Part shown: positions 28,352 through 39,479 of the stretch, piece by piece
Layout of the letters: every line of letters starts with the position of its first letter
Position numbering within the stretch: the stretch's first letter is position 1
From: Candidatus Altimarinota bacterium
GTDB lineage: Bacteria > Patescibacteriota > Gracilibacteria > UBA1369
NCBI GenBank assembly: GCA_963677745.1
Contig: OY782391.1
Coordinates: 896,001 to 960,000 of the forward strand
Length of the DNA: 64,000 bases
Direction: 5' to 3'
Notes under the pieces: model-generated
What the model saw: the letters and a program-made list of their open reading frames with translations, nothing else
Database searches by the model: none
What the model was told of the DNA's origin: nothing
Program-made: the position numbers and the translations under genes

Positions 28352-29140
28352 TCACTTAATTACTGCCACCACAGCAAATCTGCCTGTCTGGCCTTTGTCT
28401 TTGCGGAAAGAAAAAAACTTGGCGCCATCCTCCGGATCGGCCGTGTCGATTTTGGCCACCTCGATTTTATTGGGTTGTATGCCGTGGGAAATCAGCTGAT
28501 GGCGGGAATATTCCCACATATCCAGATGGTTGTTTTTTACAAAAGGCCGGAACTCGGGTCCCAGTTCCTTTTCAGGATCGCTGAATTGGCTGTGAGCAGG
28601 TCCCAGGGAAGGGGAAATTCCCACCAGTATATGGGCAGGATTGGATCCCAGTTTTACCATTTCTTTAATAATTTCGGCGTTGATATCCTGCTTCAGACCC
28701 CTCCAGCCGTTATGCGCCAGTCCGAGAATTTTTTTACCCGGATCAAAAAACAGCACCACCTGGCAGTCGGCCACTTTCATCATCAGTCCGATGCCGGGTT
28801 GATTGGTTACAAAGCCGTCCGTCTCGTCCACTTCCACCGTGCGGTGTCCCGGACCGAAAATCTTTTCCCGGATTATTTGGTCCACCGTCAGAACATTTTT
28901 ACTGTGAATTTGATGGGCCGACAGACAATACCGCAGTCCCATTGCTCGTAAGATGCGGCGGCGGTTCTCGAGAACATTTTCGCGTTTGTCGCCGTTGTCA
29001 AAACTGACATTGAGGGAATTATAGGGGGCCGGGCTTACGCCGCCGCTTCTGGTAAAAACGGCATGGTCCAGATCTCCGGAAAACCCTTCGATCAGATGAA
29101 ACTGGAAACAGGGCAGTCCGCCCCTGGAAATTTTTTTCAT
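28352..29140 (-). CDS. pgeF: YfiH/PgeF family protein
   Basis: FTRSGGVS..YNSLN, QIHS, DGFVT, VADC, AHNGWRG, FFSFRK. Confidence 0.9.
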   Translation of the reverse strand: MKKISRGGLPCFQFHLIEGFSGDLDHAVFTRSGGVSPAPYNSLNVSFDNGDKRENVLENRRRILRAMGLRYCLSAHQIHSKNVLTVDQIIREKIFGPGHRTVEVDETDGFVTNQPGIGLMMKVADCQVVLFFDPGKKILGLAHNGWRGLKQDINAEIIKEMVKLGSNPAHILVGISPSLGPAHSQFSDPEKELGPEFRPFVKNNHLDMWEYSRHQLISHGIQPNKIEVAKIDTADPEDGAKFFSFRKDKGQTGRFAVVAVIK

Positions 29141-29143
29141 TGT

Positions 29144-29998
29144 TTATTTTAAGATGTCTTTGACAATAAACGGGATTTCTTGGGCCAGGTCGCTGGAGGT
29201 GAAGGCATAGCCCTTGTTCTTCAGCAAACGGTCCCCGGCGCTGCCCATAATGAAGGCACCGCAGGCGCAGGCATCATAAGGAGTGAGTCCCTGCGCAATC
29301 AAACCGGCCACCAGGCCGGACAACACGTCTCCGCTTCCTCCGACCGTCATTCCGGCATTGCCGGTGTTGTTTTCTTCAACCCGTCCGTCCTCGCCGGCAA
29401 TAATATCGAGAGGGCCTTTCAATAAAATATTAATATTCAGATCCTTGGCCAAAGTCCGTATCACCCTGATTTTGTGATCTTTGAGATCCTGAATTTTGAA
29501 AGGTTTGCCGGTCAATTTTTCAAATTCCGTATGGTGGGGAGTAATCACCAGAGGCTGCTTGAGAGGCATCTTGTCGAGCATTTCCAATACCTGTATGGCC
29601 GTGGAGTCCAACACCGTGGGAATTGTAAACTGTTCTACCAGGTGTTTGAGCGTGCGCATGGTTTCCGTCCGGTCGCCCAGTCCTGGTCCCAAGATCACCA
29701 CATCGGCTTTTTTAGCCATAGCCAGTATGGTTTCCTGCGCGCGGGTAGTCAGAAATTCCCCGGGATATTTTCGGACAATCAAATCGGGCGCAAAGCTTCT
29801 GGTTACATCAAAATTGCACTCAGGCACGGCCATATAGACCATGTCGGCACCAGAATTCAACGCTCCCCAGGCCGAAAAAATCGGAGCACCGTGATAATCA
29901 ATGCTGCCCCCAACCACCAGCACCCTTCCGTTTTTGCTTTTGTAACTCTGGGGATTCCTTTTGGGAAGATTCTTCTTGATGTCGGAAAGTTTGAACAT
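29144..29998 (-). CDS. nnrD: ADP-dependent NAD(P)H-hydrate dehydratase
   Basis: GRVLVVGGS, GPGLG, ITPHHTEF, GGSGDVLSG. Confidence 0.92.
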   Translation of the reverse strand: MFKLSDIKKNLPKRNPQSYKSKNGRVLVVGGSIDYHGAPIFSAWGALNSGADMVYMAVPECNFDVTRSFAPDLIVRKYPGEFLTTRAQETILAMAKKADVVILGPGLGDRTETMRTLKHLVEQFTIPTVLDSTAIQVLEMLDKMPLKQPLVITPHHTEFEKLTGKPFKIQDLKDHKIRVIRTLAKDLNINILLKGPLDIIAGEDGRVEENNTGNAGMTVGGSGDVLSGLVAGLIAQGLTPYDACACGAFIMGSAGDRLLKNKGYAFTSSDLAQEIPFIVKDILK

Positions 29999-29999
29999 A

Positions 30000-31520
<1,521 letters not shown>

Positions 31521-31535
31521 TTAATAATCACTCAT

Positions 31536-32126
31536 ATGGAAATCAGCAAACTCAAGGATCAGGGACTGCTCATCAAAACCAAATCGGGCAATCTGGCCAT
31601 CAACCCTCTTCTCAAGGACGGGAAAATTCCGGCGGATGCCGCTAATTGTGATTTTATACTGTCCAGCCTGCCTGAACTGGAAATGGATAAATTTGCGCAA
31701 GACAAACGGATTTTTAGCTGGCCGGGAGAATACGAAATAAAAGGGATTGCCGTGCATTCCAAACCGGTCGCGGCTTATGGCCACGACAGTAAAGCTCCGC
31801 TGCTTTTTGTGATTTATACGGAAGAGGAAAAATGTTGCTATCTTCCCGAGATCCAGGGGCCACTCAGTTCGGAACTGATTGAAAATATCGGGGACGTGGA
31901 CGTGCTGATTTTTCCCGCTGTCGGGGATGAAAAACTCTGGCATTCCACTATCGAGGCAATCGAACCAAAGTCAATGATTCCGCTTTTTGAAGACGGGGGA
32001 AAAGTATCCGTAGACTCATTCCTCAGCAAAGCAGGCCTCACCAAACCGGTCGCGCAGGAAAAAATTGTTATCAAATCAAAATCCGAGCTGGAAGGTGAGC
32101 ACATGGATGTCTTTTTACTTGCCTAA
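31536..32126 (+). CDS. Metallo-beta-lactamase-fold protein (Lactamase_B_3-like), metal motif degenerate
   Basis: WPGEYEIKGI, IGDVDVLI, IEPKSMIP; no HxHxDH. Confidence 0.75.
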   Translation: MEISKLKDQGLLIKTKSGNLAINPLLKDGKIPADAANCDFILSSLPELEMDKFAQDKRIFSWPGEYEIKGIAVHSKPVAAYGHDSKAPLLFVIYTEEEKCCYLPEIQGPLSSELIENIGDVDVLIFPAVGDEKLWHSTIEAIEPKSMIPLFEDGGKVSVDSFLSKAGLTKPVAQEKIVIKSKSELEGEHMDVFLLA

Positions 32127-32189
32127 ACCGGGCTTTTGCATATATTGAGGCCAGTCTTGCGCGGCGCATCCGCGCCGTCTGCGTCCCAC

Positions 32190-32264
32190 GCTCCCGTAGT
32201 TCAATGGATAGAACAAGGCACTCCTAAGGCCTAGATACAGGTTCGATTCCTGTCGAGAGCACCA
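32190..32264 (+). tRNA. tRNA-Arg(CCT)
   Basis: Anticodon loop CTCCTAA, T-arm ACAGG-TTCGATT-CCTGT, CCA end. Confidence 0.93.
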
Positions 32265-32284
32265 TTTTTAGCACTGACGTCTCC

Positions 32285-34219
32285 TCACTCTTTCCTGCAG
32301 CCCAGGTCTTTGACCGTACAGATCCCGTCGGAAACGGGTTTTTCCACGGTAACTTCTTTGATTGATTTTAACAGCTCCTCCGGGCTGAGTTTGGTGGTAT
32401 CCCCGGCGGGGACTTCATTTATTACCATCATCTGACAGGAATTTCGGTCGTAGTGTACATTGGTGAAACGGAATCCCACATCGGCACCTTTTTCACCTGA
32501 TACAAAGAACATGGCACCGGGTTTGGTACCGGTTTTTGTGCGTAAGGTAAAAACATTGTCGGCAAAGCTGCAATTGTTCAGATTCACCAGACCGTTCGAG
32601 GAAAACATCACGCCTCCCTGTACCGTGATATTGGAAAAGGTCGAATTCAGCAAATTTACATTCGCCGGGGGCAATGAAATTACGGCAAAAGCGCGGCTCT
32701 CCATGTCCCGCACGGTAACTCCGTCCAGGGTGACGCTGTCGGCGTGGGAAAAATCAAACAGTGAGTGCAGCATATCTTCATTTTTTCCGTCATCATAACC
32801 GTCGGTAAAAGTTATTCCGCGTATGGTCAAATTGAGACGGCCCCTTCGTTCTTTCTCCTCTTTTTCGTAATCATTGCCCTGAATCTCGACAACCGAATTT
32901 CTCCGGTCGGCATCGACTGTCACTTCCTGGGCCTGGCCCCGTTCATCCCTGGCGGCCTCAATGGTTACCTGAATTTTATATTTATCCGAAGTCCATTTGG
33001 TACTTTTTACGCCACCAACCGTTAACGATTCATGATAGGTGCCTGCGCAAATCTGCAGGGTTCCACCGCCTTTTTTCACCACTTCGTCGATTCCTGCCTG
33101 GATGGTCTGGGGGCCGGCCGCATCACAATTTACGCGGACCCTACCGCTAATATCGCCAATTGCATCCGGCGCGTCGTGCAGCAAATCCGCCTTGTGCCTC
33201 TGAGCATTACAGGTGATTACCTGCTCTTGTTCGGGAGTGAAAGAGGTCTTACAACCGTGATAATAGCTCATCATATTGTTGGCCAGCGGGGGATTGGCCA
33301 TATAAGCCGGATTCCCGCATTCAACCACTTTGCATTGATCGTCAATTTTGCAGCCGGCTTGATTGTCTTCATTATACTGGGCGGGATCGGGGGGTGTATC
33401 GCACAGGAAGTCTCCCGTCCGGTCACAGTTTTTATTCCCGGCAAGCAGATCCTGGTGGGGATGGAAAAGGCTGAATATATGGCCCATCTCATGGGGAAAT
33501 AACTCTTCAGGGTGATTGTTGTTGTCAAAACTGATGAAAATCTGGTTATTGCTTTTTTGTCCGAGCAGATCCAGACCCATTCCAAAAGCACTGCCGTACA
33601 TTTCAAAACCCAGTTCGGGCAGAATGAAGATGTTGACGGCATGTTCCACGGCATTTTTTTGGGCCAGTTCCTCGAGCCGCTTTTCGAACTGGTCATAGGT
33701 CAGGGGCTTCTCCGCCAGATATCGCTCGAAAACACGATCGTCCTGGACATCGCGAAGTTCACTGACATAAAATCCTAAATTCATTCTGGCATAAGCCTTA
33801 TTCAAACCCTGAACACCCCTGTTGACATAATCCTGGTAAATTCCTCCGAATTCAGCCCCGGAGGGCAAAATTCTATGAATTACCACCGGCACATATTTCA
33901 TTTTTTCCGGCACCTGATATTGACGTCTGATTTCGGGTAAAAAGCAATCCTGGGCCGATCCATTTCCCCTTGGGACTCCTAGTGAGCCTCTCTGAGCCAG
34001 ATAGTAGGCGCTTCCCACAGCGGTTGTTTGCAGCCCGATCAGCAAAAGTATTCTATTTCTTAATCGTCCCCGCCCCTCTGAGAGTTGGGGCAAACTTGGC
34101 TCCACCCCTGTCTGTCCGGTCAACAGTTCCGGACCCCTGCCGGACTCTGTTTTGCGAACAGTGTCTAATCTCATTTTGCCAGGACCTCCGGGAGTTTTTT
34201 TACGATTTTTTGCCGACAT
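32285..34219 (-). CDS. Membrane-anchored M43 (pappalysin/ulilysin-like) zinc metalloprotease with C-terminal beta-helix domain
   Basis: HEMGHIFSLFH, GDFLCDTPPD, Met-turn NNMMSY, FTPEQ; then TIQAGID...ICAGTYHE and ITFTDG beta-helix features. Confidence 0.85.
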   Translation of the reverse strand: MSAKNRKKTPGGPGKMRLDTVRKTESGRGPELLTGQTGVEPSLPQLSEGRGRLRNRILLLIGLQTTAVGSAYYLAQRGSLGVPRGNGSAQDCFLPEIRRQYQVPEKMKYVPVVIHRILPSGAEFGGIYQDYVNRGVQGLNKAYARMNLGFYVSELRDVQDDRVFERYLAEKPLTYDQFEKRLEELAQKNAVEHAVNIFILPELGFEMYGSAFGMGLDLLGQKSNNQIFISFDNNNHPEELFPHEMGHIFSLFHPHQDLLAGNKNCDRTGDFLCDTPPDPAQYNEDNQAGCKIDDQCKVVECGNPAYMANPPLANNMMSYYHGCKTSFTPEQEQVITCNAQRHKADLLHDAPDAIGDISGRVRVNCDAAGPQTIQAGIDEVVKKGGGTLQICAGTYHESLTVGGVKSTKWTSDKYKIQVTIEAARDERGQAQEVTVDADRRNSVVEIQGNDYEKEEKERRGRLNLTIRGITFTDGYDDGKNEDMLHSLFDFSHADSVTLDGVTVRDMESRAFAVISLPPANVNLLNSTFSNITVQGGVMFSSNGLVNLNNCSFADNVFTLRTKTGTKPGAMFFVSGEKGADVGFRFTNVHYDRNSCQMMVINEVPAGDTTKLSPEELLKSIKEVTVEKPVSDGICTVKDLGCRKE

Positions 34220-34318
34220 AACACCATATTATGAGAGGTTAAAGTAACATAAATCAAGAAAAAGGCAAGAAAAAAGCAAGAAAAAGCGGTGAGATGTGAA
34301 GTCCCCCCGCTTTTTAAG

Positions 34319-35521
34319 TTATTTTTCCGTCCGGCCGTTCCTCATCAGCCACAGGGTAGCAATGATCGGCACTATTCCGGAAACCGCCCAGGCAAAAGAC
34401 ATCGACACTTTCTCCACCAGCAGGCCGCTCGACAACAGGCCCAGCATTCCCCCCACCTGCTGTCCCATCGACTGGCAGGAAACCAGCGTGGCTCTGTTCT
34501 TCTCTGCGGGAATTTCTTCGTGCAGCAGCGACTGCTTGATCGGGCCGAACAGTCCCCGCACCACCTCGTGCAGCAGGAAGACTGTCAGGGCCATCGGCAG
34601 GGAGCAGATCGAAGCGGTCAGCACAACTCCCAGCCCGGTACCGATCTGAATCGCCGCCAGCGCGCTCTTCTTGGTTCTGAAGGTCTGAATCACTCTTCCT
34701 GTGAAGAATGACCCGGCGATCAGAGCCAGTGAGATGGCCGCAGAGATGAAGCCCAGGGGGGTGCTGGAGGAGCCCTTGAGAAACTGGCTGAAGAAAGGCT
34801 GCCACTGCATGTTGGGGGCTGTCACCGAGAACGAGAATAGTGCCCCGGTTAGCAGCAGAAAACGGATGTTGCGGCTGCTGCGGGCAAAGGACAGGCTGCT
34901 GGTGACGGTTTTTCTGATCCGGCAGAAGCAGTTCCTCAGATCGAGCTGTTTTCGTTCGGTTTTTTGCTCCTTAATCAGAATCAGACCTGCCACTACGGCT
35001 ACCAGCTGGATTACGCCGGCCACCACCCAGGGGATTCTCATGTCCAGATCGGACAGTTTGGCCCCCAGTACGGCACCCACGACGCTGGAAATCAGTCTCC
35101 AGCGCTCGCCACCCGCCAGAATGTTGGGCAGTTTACCCGGGTATTTCTGCTGCCTGAGTCTGTCCACCATCCAGGCCTCAAAAGCGCCGTTATTGAAGGT
35201 GGAGGCAATTGCACCGAGCATTTCTGCCAGTGCAAAACCGGGAAAGGTTGTAGCTAGGGCATACAGCAGCATGCTTATACCCATCAGCAGGTAGGAGATG
35301 ATGATCGAGATCTTGCGGCCAAAGACATCTGCTATTGCCCCCGTCGGTATCTCAAATAAGAAGATGGTGGCGAAAAAGCAGAAGTTGACCATATTGGTCT
35401 CGAGGTAGCTGAGGTGGTATGACCGCAGATACATCACATAGGTGGCGATGATGAAAGCCACCCCGAAGTTGGTCAGGGCAATCAGAAAGTAAAACGACCT
35501 GATGGTGTTCCTGGCATTCAT
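34319..35521 (-). CDS. MFS transporter (putative efflux pump)
   Basis: FEIPTGAIADVFGRK motif A, about 12 TMs; ATG 35521 preceded by GGAGGAGG SD. Confidence 0.92.
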   Translation of the reverse strand: MNARNTIRSFYFLIALTNFGVAFIIATYVMYLRSYHLSYLETNMVNFCFFATIFLFEIPTGAIADVFGRKISIIISYLLMGISMLLYALATTFPGFALAEMLGAIASTFNNGAFEAWMVDRLRQQKYPGKLPNILAGGERWRLISSVVGAVLGAKLSDLDMRIPWVVAGVIQLVAVVAGLILIKEQKTERKQLDLRNCFCRIRKTVTSSLSFARSSRNIRFLLLTGALFSFSVTAPNMQWQPFFSQFLKGSSSTPLGFISAAISLALIAGSFFTGRVIQTFRTKKSALAAIQIGTGLGVVLTASICSLPMALTVFLLHEVVRGLFGPIKQSLLHEEIPAEKNRATLVSCQSMGQQVGGMLGLLSSGLLVEKVSMSFAWAVSGIVPIIATLWLMRNGRTEK

Positions 35522-35617
35522 GGCAATCCTCCTCCAAAAATCTTTTGCCTGGGTTTTCAATGTCCCAGACAGGCAACCGGTGTTAAGCGCGCGCGTCCAC
35601 CAGGACGCACCGAGCTG

Positions 35618-35649
35618 AAAAACGCCTTTGCTTGTCTAGCGAAGGCGTT
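35618..35649 (-). terminator. Attenuator terminator upstream of the MFS gene
   Basis: Minus strand AACGCCTTCGC-TAGACAA-GCAAAGGCGTT + TTT, between promoter and CDS. Confidence 0.75.
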
Positions 35650-35676
35650 CTTGGCAATCAATTTCTTAATTGAAGA

Positions 35677-35799
35677 TCAAAAGGTGATCAAACCGCCCTG
35701 GCCAGATAAGCACACGAAAGTCCATGCATCGCAGACTGTCATGCCTGCAAACTGCATATACTGTGGGGAAATCTTGAGTTGGCGGTTATTATTATTCAT
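35677..35799 (-). CDS. Putative 40-aa leader peptide
   Basis: MNNNNRQLKISPQYMQFAGMTVCDAWTFVCLSGQGGLITF, starting just downstream of a -10 box and ending before the terminator. Confidence 0.6.
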   Translation of the reverse strand: MNNNNRQLKISPQYMQFAGMTVCDAWTFVCLSGQGGLITF

Positions 35800-35808
35800 C
35801 GTGGCCGC

Positions 35809-35837
35809 ATATTAGACATAAAAATGAAAAAAGTCAA
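35809..35837 (-). promoter_or_regulatory. sigma70 promoter for leader peptide-MFS unit
   Basis: TTGACT-N17-TAATAT on the minus strand. Confidence 0.7.
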
Positions 35838-35929
35838 GCGGAGGGGGTTGATACTTGTCAGAGCAAAGCGGCAATGCTAACTTAATCAGGCTCAGAAAGC
35901 GCAGAAAACTGCGGTATCATATTACATCC

Positions 35930-37429
35930 ATGAAACTCTCCCCAGTTGGAAAAACCGTTCGGGCCAAGCTGGCTCCCCAGACCAATAATCTGAAATACCA
36001 GATCATCACTTTCGGCTGTCAGATGAATTATTCCGACAGCGAGCGCGTTGCCGCCGTCCTGCAGAAAGCGGGCTATCGCGGCACCAATGAAATTGCCGAG
36101 GCCGACCTGGTCATTTTTAATACCTGTTCAATTCGCCAGAAAGGGGAGGACCGGGTTTTTGGCATGTTGAAAAACATCGTTGGCCAAAAAAAAGTCCGTC
36201 CCAATTTATTAGTTGGCCTCACCGGCTGTATGGTACGCAAAAGCAGCTCCAGAAATTCCCGCAATGCCGACAAGGATGATCTCCTCAAACTGCTTAAGGA
36301 TCTGGATTTTGTCTTTAATATCCGTGAAACCCACAAGCTGCCGGAAGTGCTGGCCGAAGCCGAACCGCAACTGGAATTACCTCATCTGGATGAGACCGGT
36401 CTGGATGACTATCTAAAAATCCAGCCTCAATATACTTCTCCTTTTCAGGCTTCCGTCCCTCTGCAGATTGGCTGCGATAAGTATTGTACATACTGTATCG
36501 TTCCTTATTCCCGCGGCCGTGAGCAGAGCCGGCCGCTGACGGACATTGTGGCCGAATGCCGGAAACTGGTGGAAAACGGCTGTAAGGAAATCACGCTGGT
36601 AGGCCAGACGGTCAATTCCTACGGGCTTTCCGCCCTGGACCGCCAAAACGGACTTTTTGATTATTATCATTTCATTTCATCCGGCAAACATTCTGGTGTC
36701 CGGACCCCCGCGCACCGCGGTGCGCGGCCGGAATTGCCTTTCATCAGGCTGCTCCGGGAAATCAACGCTTTGGCTGAACTGGGCCTGAGCCGCCTGCGAT
36801 ATTCCTCACCCCATCCGCGCGATTTCGGTGATGAACTGATTGCCGCGCACACCGAACTGAAAACTCTCTGTCCGCATATCCATCTGCCTATCCAGGCGGG
36901 TGATAACGAGGTTTTGGCCCGCATGAACCGCAAATATACTTATGAAGAATATGCGAACAAAGTCGCCAAATTCCGCCAGGCCGTTCCCGGCGCCGCCGTC
37001 ACCACCGACGTCATTGTCGGTTTCTGCGGCGAGACGGCGGCGCAGTTTGAAAATACCCTGAAAGCCTTTCGGGAAATCCGCTGGGACCAGGCCTACATTG
37101 CCCGTTACAGCCAGCGACGCGGCACTCTGGCCAGCAAATGCTTTATCGATGATGTTTCCGCCGCCGAAAAGTCCCGCCGCTGGCATGCGGTCAACAACCT
37201 GTTGAAAGTGATTTCTTTGGAAAAAAACCGCGAATATGTGGGGCGCACACTGGAAGTTCTGGTCGAAAACCACGACCCGGCCACCGGCGAAAGTGAGGGA
37301 CGCAGCCGCGAAAACAAGGTTGTCCAGTTTCCCGGCAGTGCCGATCAGATCGGCCATCTGGTTCAAGTTAAAATCGACAATTACCTGGAATGGGTATTGA
37401 AAGGCCATTCAGTTGAGCAGCCAGGCTAG
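35930..37429 (+). CDS. miaB: tRNA methylthiotransferase MiaB
   Basis: TFGCQMNYSDSE, NTCSIR, radical SAM CDKYCTYC, SPHP, TRAM domain. Confidence 0.95.
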   Translation: MKLSPVGKTVRAKLAPQTNNLKYQIITFGCQMNYSDSERVAAVLQKAGYRGTNEIAEADLVIFNTCSIRQKGEDRVFGMLKNIVGQKKVRPNLLVGLTGCMVRKSSSRNSRNADKDDLLKLLKDLDFVFNIRETHKLPEVLAEAEPQLELPHLDETGLDDYLKIQPQYTSPFQASVPLQIGCDKYCTYCIVPYSRGREQSRPLTDIVAECRKLVENGCKEITLVGQTVNSYGLSALDRQNGLFDYYHFISSGKHSGVRTPAHRGARPELPFIRLLREINALAELGLSRLRYSSPHPRDFGDELIAAHTELKTLCPHIHLPIQAGDNEVLARMNRKYTYEEYANKVAKFRQAVPGAAVTTDVIVGFCGETAAQFENTLKAFREIRWDQAYIARYSQRRGTLASKCFIDDVSAAEKSRRWHAVNNLLKVISLEKNREYVGRTLEVLVENHDPATGESEGRSRENKVVQFPGSADQIGHLVQVKIDNYLEWVLKGHSVEQPG

Positions 37430-37452
37430 GCTGGTCCGGTTGAGTTTTTGTA

Positions 37453-37560
37453 ACAAACGAACTTCATAAACGTAAGAAAATCTTACCTTTGCGAATACCG
37501 CAAGTGCCGCCGGCGGTCTTCGTAAAAGTACAAAAAAATAAATAAAATTTTACTTTTACC
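37453..37560. repeat. Two degenerate copies of the dispersed palindrome
   Basis: ACAAACGAACTTCATAAACGTAAGA-AAA-TCTTACCTTTGCGAA (7 differences in 43 nt from the copy at 5623-5665) and GTAAAAGTA...TACTTTTAC. Confidence 0.75.
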
Positions 37561-37739
37561 TCAATCTGACTGGCGGGTACCTGCGCCCGCAGTAATGGCG
37601 CATGCAGCGCCAGAAATCAGGGAAAAGTTTCAATAATTTCAAAAAGGCAGAAAACTTTTATCTGGTCGGACAAGATCTTGGATTTATTAGTAAGATCTGC
37701 CATAATATTGGTCGCCCGCCAATTTGACTAGTCAGTCGC

Positions 37740-39425
37740 ATGAACAAAACAGAAACCTCTCATAAAAGCCAAAAGAAACAAAACAGCAACCGTATAACCG
37801 GGATTTTTCTGGTGATGCTGGCACTGGTACTGGTTTCCACTTTTGCCTTTTTCTACCTGCAGAAAATTTCGCAGCGTGAAAAACTGGCTGGCTTATTGCC
37901 CGCCGACCGGACAGTAGCCCTGTTGGAATTTAATATGGAGCCGGGCCGGCAGGATGCCAGACAAACTTTGGATTTGCTTTTGCAGAACCAGTCAATCAAT
38001 CAATTTTCCTCCTTTGTCCAATCGCTGATTCCTTTTCGCGAACAGTTTGAAAAATGGTTTTCGGGAAGAGGAGGTTTTTCCATACTGACCACTCCCGATG
38101 CCCAGGATTTACGGGCGGCTATTTTTTTGGGGGTCAAAGATCCGGTTGCCGCCGAGGCCTGGATTGAATCACTGTTATTGGACCCGAATGGCGACGCTCT
38201 GCTGGATGAAGACTACTACGGACAAAAACTGATCAGTTTCAAAAAAGGCCAAAGTATGCAGATACTCTGGACCAAAGAGTTCCTGGTATTGTCGGAAGAC
38301 AAGGAAATCCTGCAGGCAGTCGCTCAAACGGTTGCCGGCAGTCTGACCTCTCTGCGCGAGATCCCATCCTACAATCAGCTTTCTTCAGCCCTGCCGGAAC
38401 AGAATCTGGGATTCGGTTATCTGGATCGCGGCAGATTATTGCAAACGCTGGCCCGCAATGAGCAGTTTCTGTCAGGCCGACTGGCACTTTTTAAATTGTA
38501 TTTTCCTCTGATTAATCTGGTCGGCACTGAAGGAGTCGCTCTCCGCCTGTCCACCGGGCCAGGCGGCCAACCCGTTCTGATCGCCCGCCATCTTTCGCTT
38601 TTCCGTCCCTCCGCGCTTTCCGACCGGACTCTGTTTGAAACCGGTTATTTTTATGACGGTAAACTGGAAAAGTATGCACCTTCGGATAGTCTGTTTTTGG
38701 TCGGAGGAAACAATCTTCTGGCTCAGAAAAACAAACTCCAGAATTACCTGGCCGGAGGTTCCTCTCTGGATCAGTTGCTGATGGCTGGTTTGCAGGGAGC
38801 GCTGCAGGATGCCCTTAGTTCACAGTCACAAAAGGCCAACCTGGACTCCGATTTCTTCCCGCTATTTCAGAAAAATTATCTGTTTACCCTCAATCCGGTA
38901 AAAGGGGGAATACCCGGTTTTGGTTTGTTAATTGAGTCCGCCCAACCGGAAAACGACCTGTTGAAACTCACCAAGATTGTACGCAATTTCGCGCCGAAAC
39001 TGGCGGCGGAATTCCTGGCCAAACCTATCCCCATGACCCTGCCCGACGGAACGGTTGGCAGTGAAATGAAAGCGGAAATTACCGATCCTTCCAGAAAGGA
39101 AATTATGATTGAAGGCCACCGGGTCGATCAGCTCGAGTTTTCTCCGAATTTCAGTATTTACCTGCTGGCTGAAGCCGAAAAACAGCTTCTGTTGGCTACC
39201 GATTCACTGTCAATGGTGAAAAACATTTTGGAAAAATCTTCCGCCGCCCAACAGGAATCGGCTGATTACGGTCTGGAAAAACCGACCGAGGTCTATTTTC
39301 TGGACATGGAAAGCTTGATCAGATTCATACCTGAATTGAAAGGTCTGTCGCCCCTCAAATATCTGAAGGTTGCTAGAAAATTCAGCGAAATTGGTATACT
39401 CTCAACTTACCAGATTGGATTTTAA
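37740..39425 (+). CDS. Membrane-anchored protein, DUF3352-like
   Basis: N-terminal TM, LLPADRT..L motif, alternating alpha/beta body; family assignment by recall only. Confidence 0.6.
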   Translation: MNKTETSHKSQKKQNSNRITGIFLVMLALVLVSTFAFFYLQKISQREKLAGLLPADRTVALLEFNMEPGRQDARQTLDLLLQNQSINQFSSFVQSLIPFREQFEKWFSGRGGFSILTTPDAQDLRAAIFLGVKDPVAAEAWIESLLLDPNGDALLDEDYYGQKLISFKKGQSMQILWTKEFLVLSEDKEILQAVAQTVAGSLTSLREIPSYNQLSSALPEQNLGFGYLDRGRLLQTLARNEQFLSGRLALFKLYFPLINLVGTEGVALRLSTGPGGQPVLIARHLSLFRPSALSDRTLFETGYFYDGKLEKYAPSDSLFLVGGNNLLAQKNKLQNYLAGGSSLDQLLMAGLQGALQDALSSQSQKANLDSDFFPLFQKNYLFTLNPVKGGIPGFGLLIESAQPENDLLKLTKIVRNFAPKLAAEFLAKPIPMTLPDGTVGSEMKAEITDPSRKEIMIEGHRVDQLEFSPNFSIYLLAEAEKQLLLATDSLSMVKNILEKSSAAQQESADYGLEKPTEVYFLDMESLIRFIPELKGLSPLKYLKVARKFSEIGILSTYQIGF

Positions 39426-39479
39426 TCCAGGCAGATCGGAAGCAGTCCGGGTCTGCGACAAATAAATAACGGAAACCAA

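Noticed and set aside
32268-32276. CIRCE-like TTAGCACTG after tRNA-Arg
   Set aside because: Only a half site, and not upstream of a chaperone gene.
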